64,000 nucleotides of DNA from an uncultured Verrucomicrobiae bacterium (GTDB lineage: Bacteria > Verrucomicrobiota > Verrucomicrobiia > Limisphaerales > Palsa-1400): NCBI GenBank assembly GCA_963702845.1, contig OY969763.1, forward strand, positions 2,368,001 through 2,432,000, read 5' to 3'. Of the stretch, positions 62,273-64,000 are shown piece after piece; position 1 is the first letter of the stretch, and each line of letters opens with the position of its first letter. Position numbers and translations under genes: made by a program. The notes beneath the pieces were generated by a model, which was not told the DNA's origin, did no database searches, and worked only from the letters and a program-made list of their open reading frames with translations.

Positions 62273-63886
62273 ATGAACAAACTATTTCGTTTCCTGACCG
62301 CATTCACCTTGCTTGCGGGCACTTCGTTGTTTGCCGAAATCAGCGAAACATTGCCGACGCCGGACGATGATGCGGGGTTCGTGTCGATCTTCAATGGCAA
62401 AGACCTCACCGGCTGGGAAGGTCTGTCCGAGTTTTGGTCTGTTAAAGACGGAACGATCACCGGCCAAACCACGGAAGGCCACATACCCAAAGAAAACACG
62501 TTTCTTGTTTGGAAAGGCGGACAACCGGCGGATTTCGAAATCCATTGCCAGTTCAAACTCGTCGCGAACAATGATCAGGGCTTCGCCAATTCCGGCATTC
62601 AATATCGCAGCAAGGTTTTGAAACCTGATTACTTCGTAGTCGGCGGTTACCAGGCTGACATGGAAAATGGGCCAACTTACTCCGGCATTTTGTACGAAGA
62701 AAAGGGCCGTGGCATTCTGGCGCAGCGCGGTGACATGGTGGTCATCAATCCTAATGGTAAAAAGGACGTTGTCGGTTCGACTGGCAAATCCGCGGAGATC
62801 CAGGCGCAAATTAAAAAGGGTGATTGGAACGATTACGTCGTTATCGCGCGCGGAAATCATCTACAGCATTTCATCAATGGACATCAAACCATCGACGTCA
62901 TCGACCAGCAGGCCGACAAAGCGGCCAAGACCGGTGTGATCGCGCTGCAGATCCACAGAGGTCAACCGATGCTGGTGCAGTTTAAGAATTTCAAAATAAA
63001 ACAATTTGAAACACCTTCGAAGAACCAAACAGGGACGAAGAAGATCGTCTTCATTGCTGGCAAACCGAGCCATGGTCCCGGTGACCACGAATATCGCGCT
63101 GGTTTTCTGCTGCTACAAAAATGCCTCGCGAATGTTTCTGGCATCACTTCGGTCGTTTACTCGAATGATTGGCCGACGGAATCACACGCTCTTGATGATG
63201 CGGCGGCGATTGTAATGTTTAGCGATGGCACGGGCAGACACCCTGCTTTGCAGGATGATCGGCTGCAACAGCTCGGCGAGCTGATGAAAAAGGGCGTCGG
63301 ATTCGGCTGCATTCATTACGCTGTCGAACCCGTCCGGGAAAAAGGCGAAAAGGAATTTATCGATTGGATGGGCGGCGCCTTTGAAATCTTTTGGTCGGTG
63401 AATCCGTTTTGGACTGCCGACTTCAAGCAATTGCCACAACACCCGGTCACTCGCGGAGTGCAGCCATTCAGCATCAATGACGAATGGTATTTCAACATGC
63501 GCTTCCGTCCGAACATGGAAGGCGTCACGCCCATCCTGACGGCTGTTGCGCCGCCTGACACAATGAGCCGTCCCGACGGAGATCATTCAGGGAATCCCGC
63601 GGTGCGCAAACTCGTCGAACAGCAAATTCCCCAGCACGTGATGTGGGTGGCTGAACGTCCCGATGGTGGCCGTGGATTTGGTTTCACCGGTGGCCACAGG
63701 CATACGAATTGGGGCAATGAGGATTTCCGCAAAGTGGTCCTCAACGCCATTGTTTGGATCGCAAAAGTCGATGTGCCGGAAAACGGTGTTGCGAGCACGG
63801 TCACACCCGATGACCTGAAGCAGAACCTCGACATTAAAGGCCAAAAAAAAACCAAAAACCAAAGCAAAAGCCCAAGCAGTAAGTAA
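62273..63886 (+). CDS. Secreted DUF1080 (3-keto-glycoside processing) + ThuA-like fusion protein
   Basis: FNGKDLTGW, NSGIQYR, GYQAD, GVIALQIH; then IAGKPSHGPGDHE, DEWYF, FTGGH. Confidence 0.88.
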   Translation: MNKLFRFLTAFTLLAGTSLFAEISETLPTPDDDAGFVSIFNGKDLTGWEGLSEFWSVKDGTITGQTTEGHIPKENTFLVWKGGQPADFEIHCQFKLVANNDQGFANSGIQYRSKVLKPDYFVVGGYQADMENGPTYSGILYEEKGRGILAQRGDMVVINPNGKKDVVGSTGKSAEIQAQIKKGDWNDYVVIARGNHLQHFINGHQTIDVIDQQADKAAKTGVIALQIHRGQPMLVQFKNFKIKQFETPSKNQTGTKKIVFIAGKPSHGPGDHEYRAGFLLLQKCLANVSGITSVVYSNDWPTESHALDDAAAIVMFSDGTGRHPALQDDRLQQLGELMKKGVGFGCIHYAVEPVREKGEKEFIDWMGGAFEIFWSVNPFWTADFKQLPQHPVTRGVQPFSINDEWYFNMRFRPNMEGVTPILTAVAPPDTMSRPDGDHSGNPAVRKLVEQQIPQHVMWVAERPDGGRGFGFTGGHRHTNWGNEDFRKVVLNAIVWIAKVDVPENGVASTVTPDDLKQNLDIKGQKKTKNQSKSPSSK

Positions 63887-64000
63887 ACCGCAAGCAGCGA
63901 CGAAACCGGACGCTGCCCGGCCCGTCATCACAGAAGCCGCCGGAAGTGATTCAGTCAAACCGATTTTCCGCAGCGGCGTTATTCGTTCCGGTCGGACTAC

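Noticed and set aside
63887..64000. 3' end of a minus-strand gene at the window edge
   Set aside because: Too short to assign a frame or product

Overview
A gene-dense 64-kb chromosomal window, most likely from a soil Verrucomicrobiota bacterium (Pedosphaerales/Limisphaerales-like). This is inferred from H-X9-DG prepilin-like genes, the DUF1549/DUF1553 + DUF1501 pair, TIGR03790- and TIGR02597-like proteins, a sulfatase and DUF1080. It carries about 45 CDS: housekeeping genes (miaB, fdhD, pepF, an oligopeptide ABC ATPase), an ars operon, carbohydrate enzymes, and several large Ser/Thr/Asn-rich secreted multidomain proteins. I saw no rRNA, tRNA, CRISPR array, integrase or transposase. Main observations: (1) unrelated secreted proteins share a ~70-aa C-terminal domain ending in R[FY]YR[VA], a candidate lineage-specific sorting/anchoring signal, and a TMTC-like glycosyltransferase and an AsmA-like bridge protein lie next to one of them; (2) three intergenic loci have degenerate 10-bp-periodic arrays followed by an A/T tract, each oriented toward the downstream gene; (3) two prepilin-like genes share a duplicated upstream region; (4) possible attC remnants flank two small genes; (5) four single-base insertions split two giant surface-protein genes and are probably sequencing errors. 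All family names are from motif recognition by eye, not from database searches.
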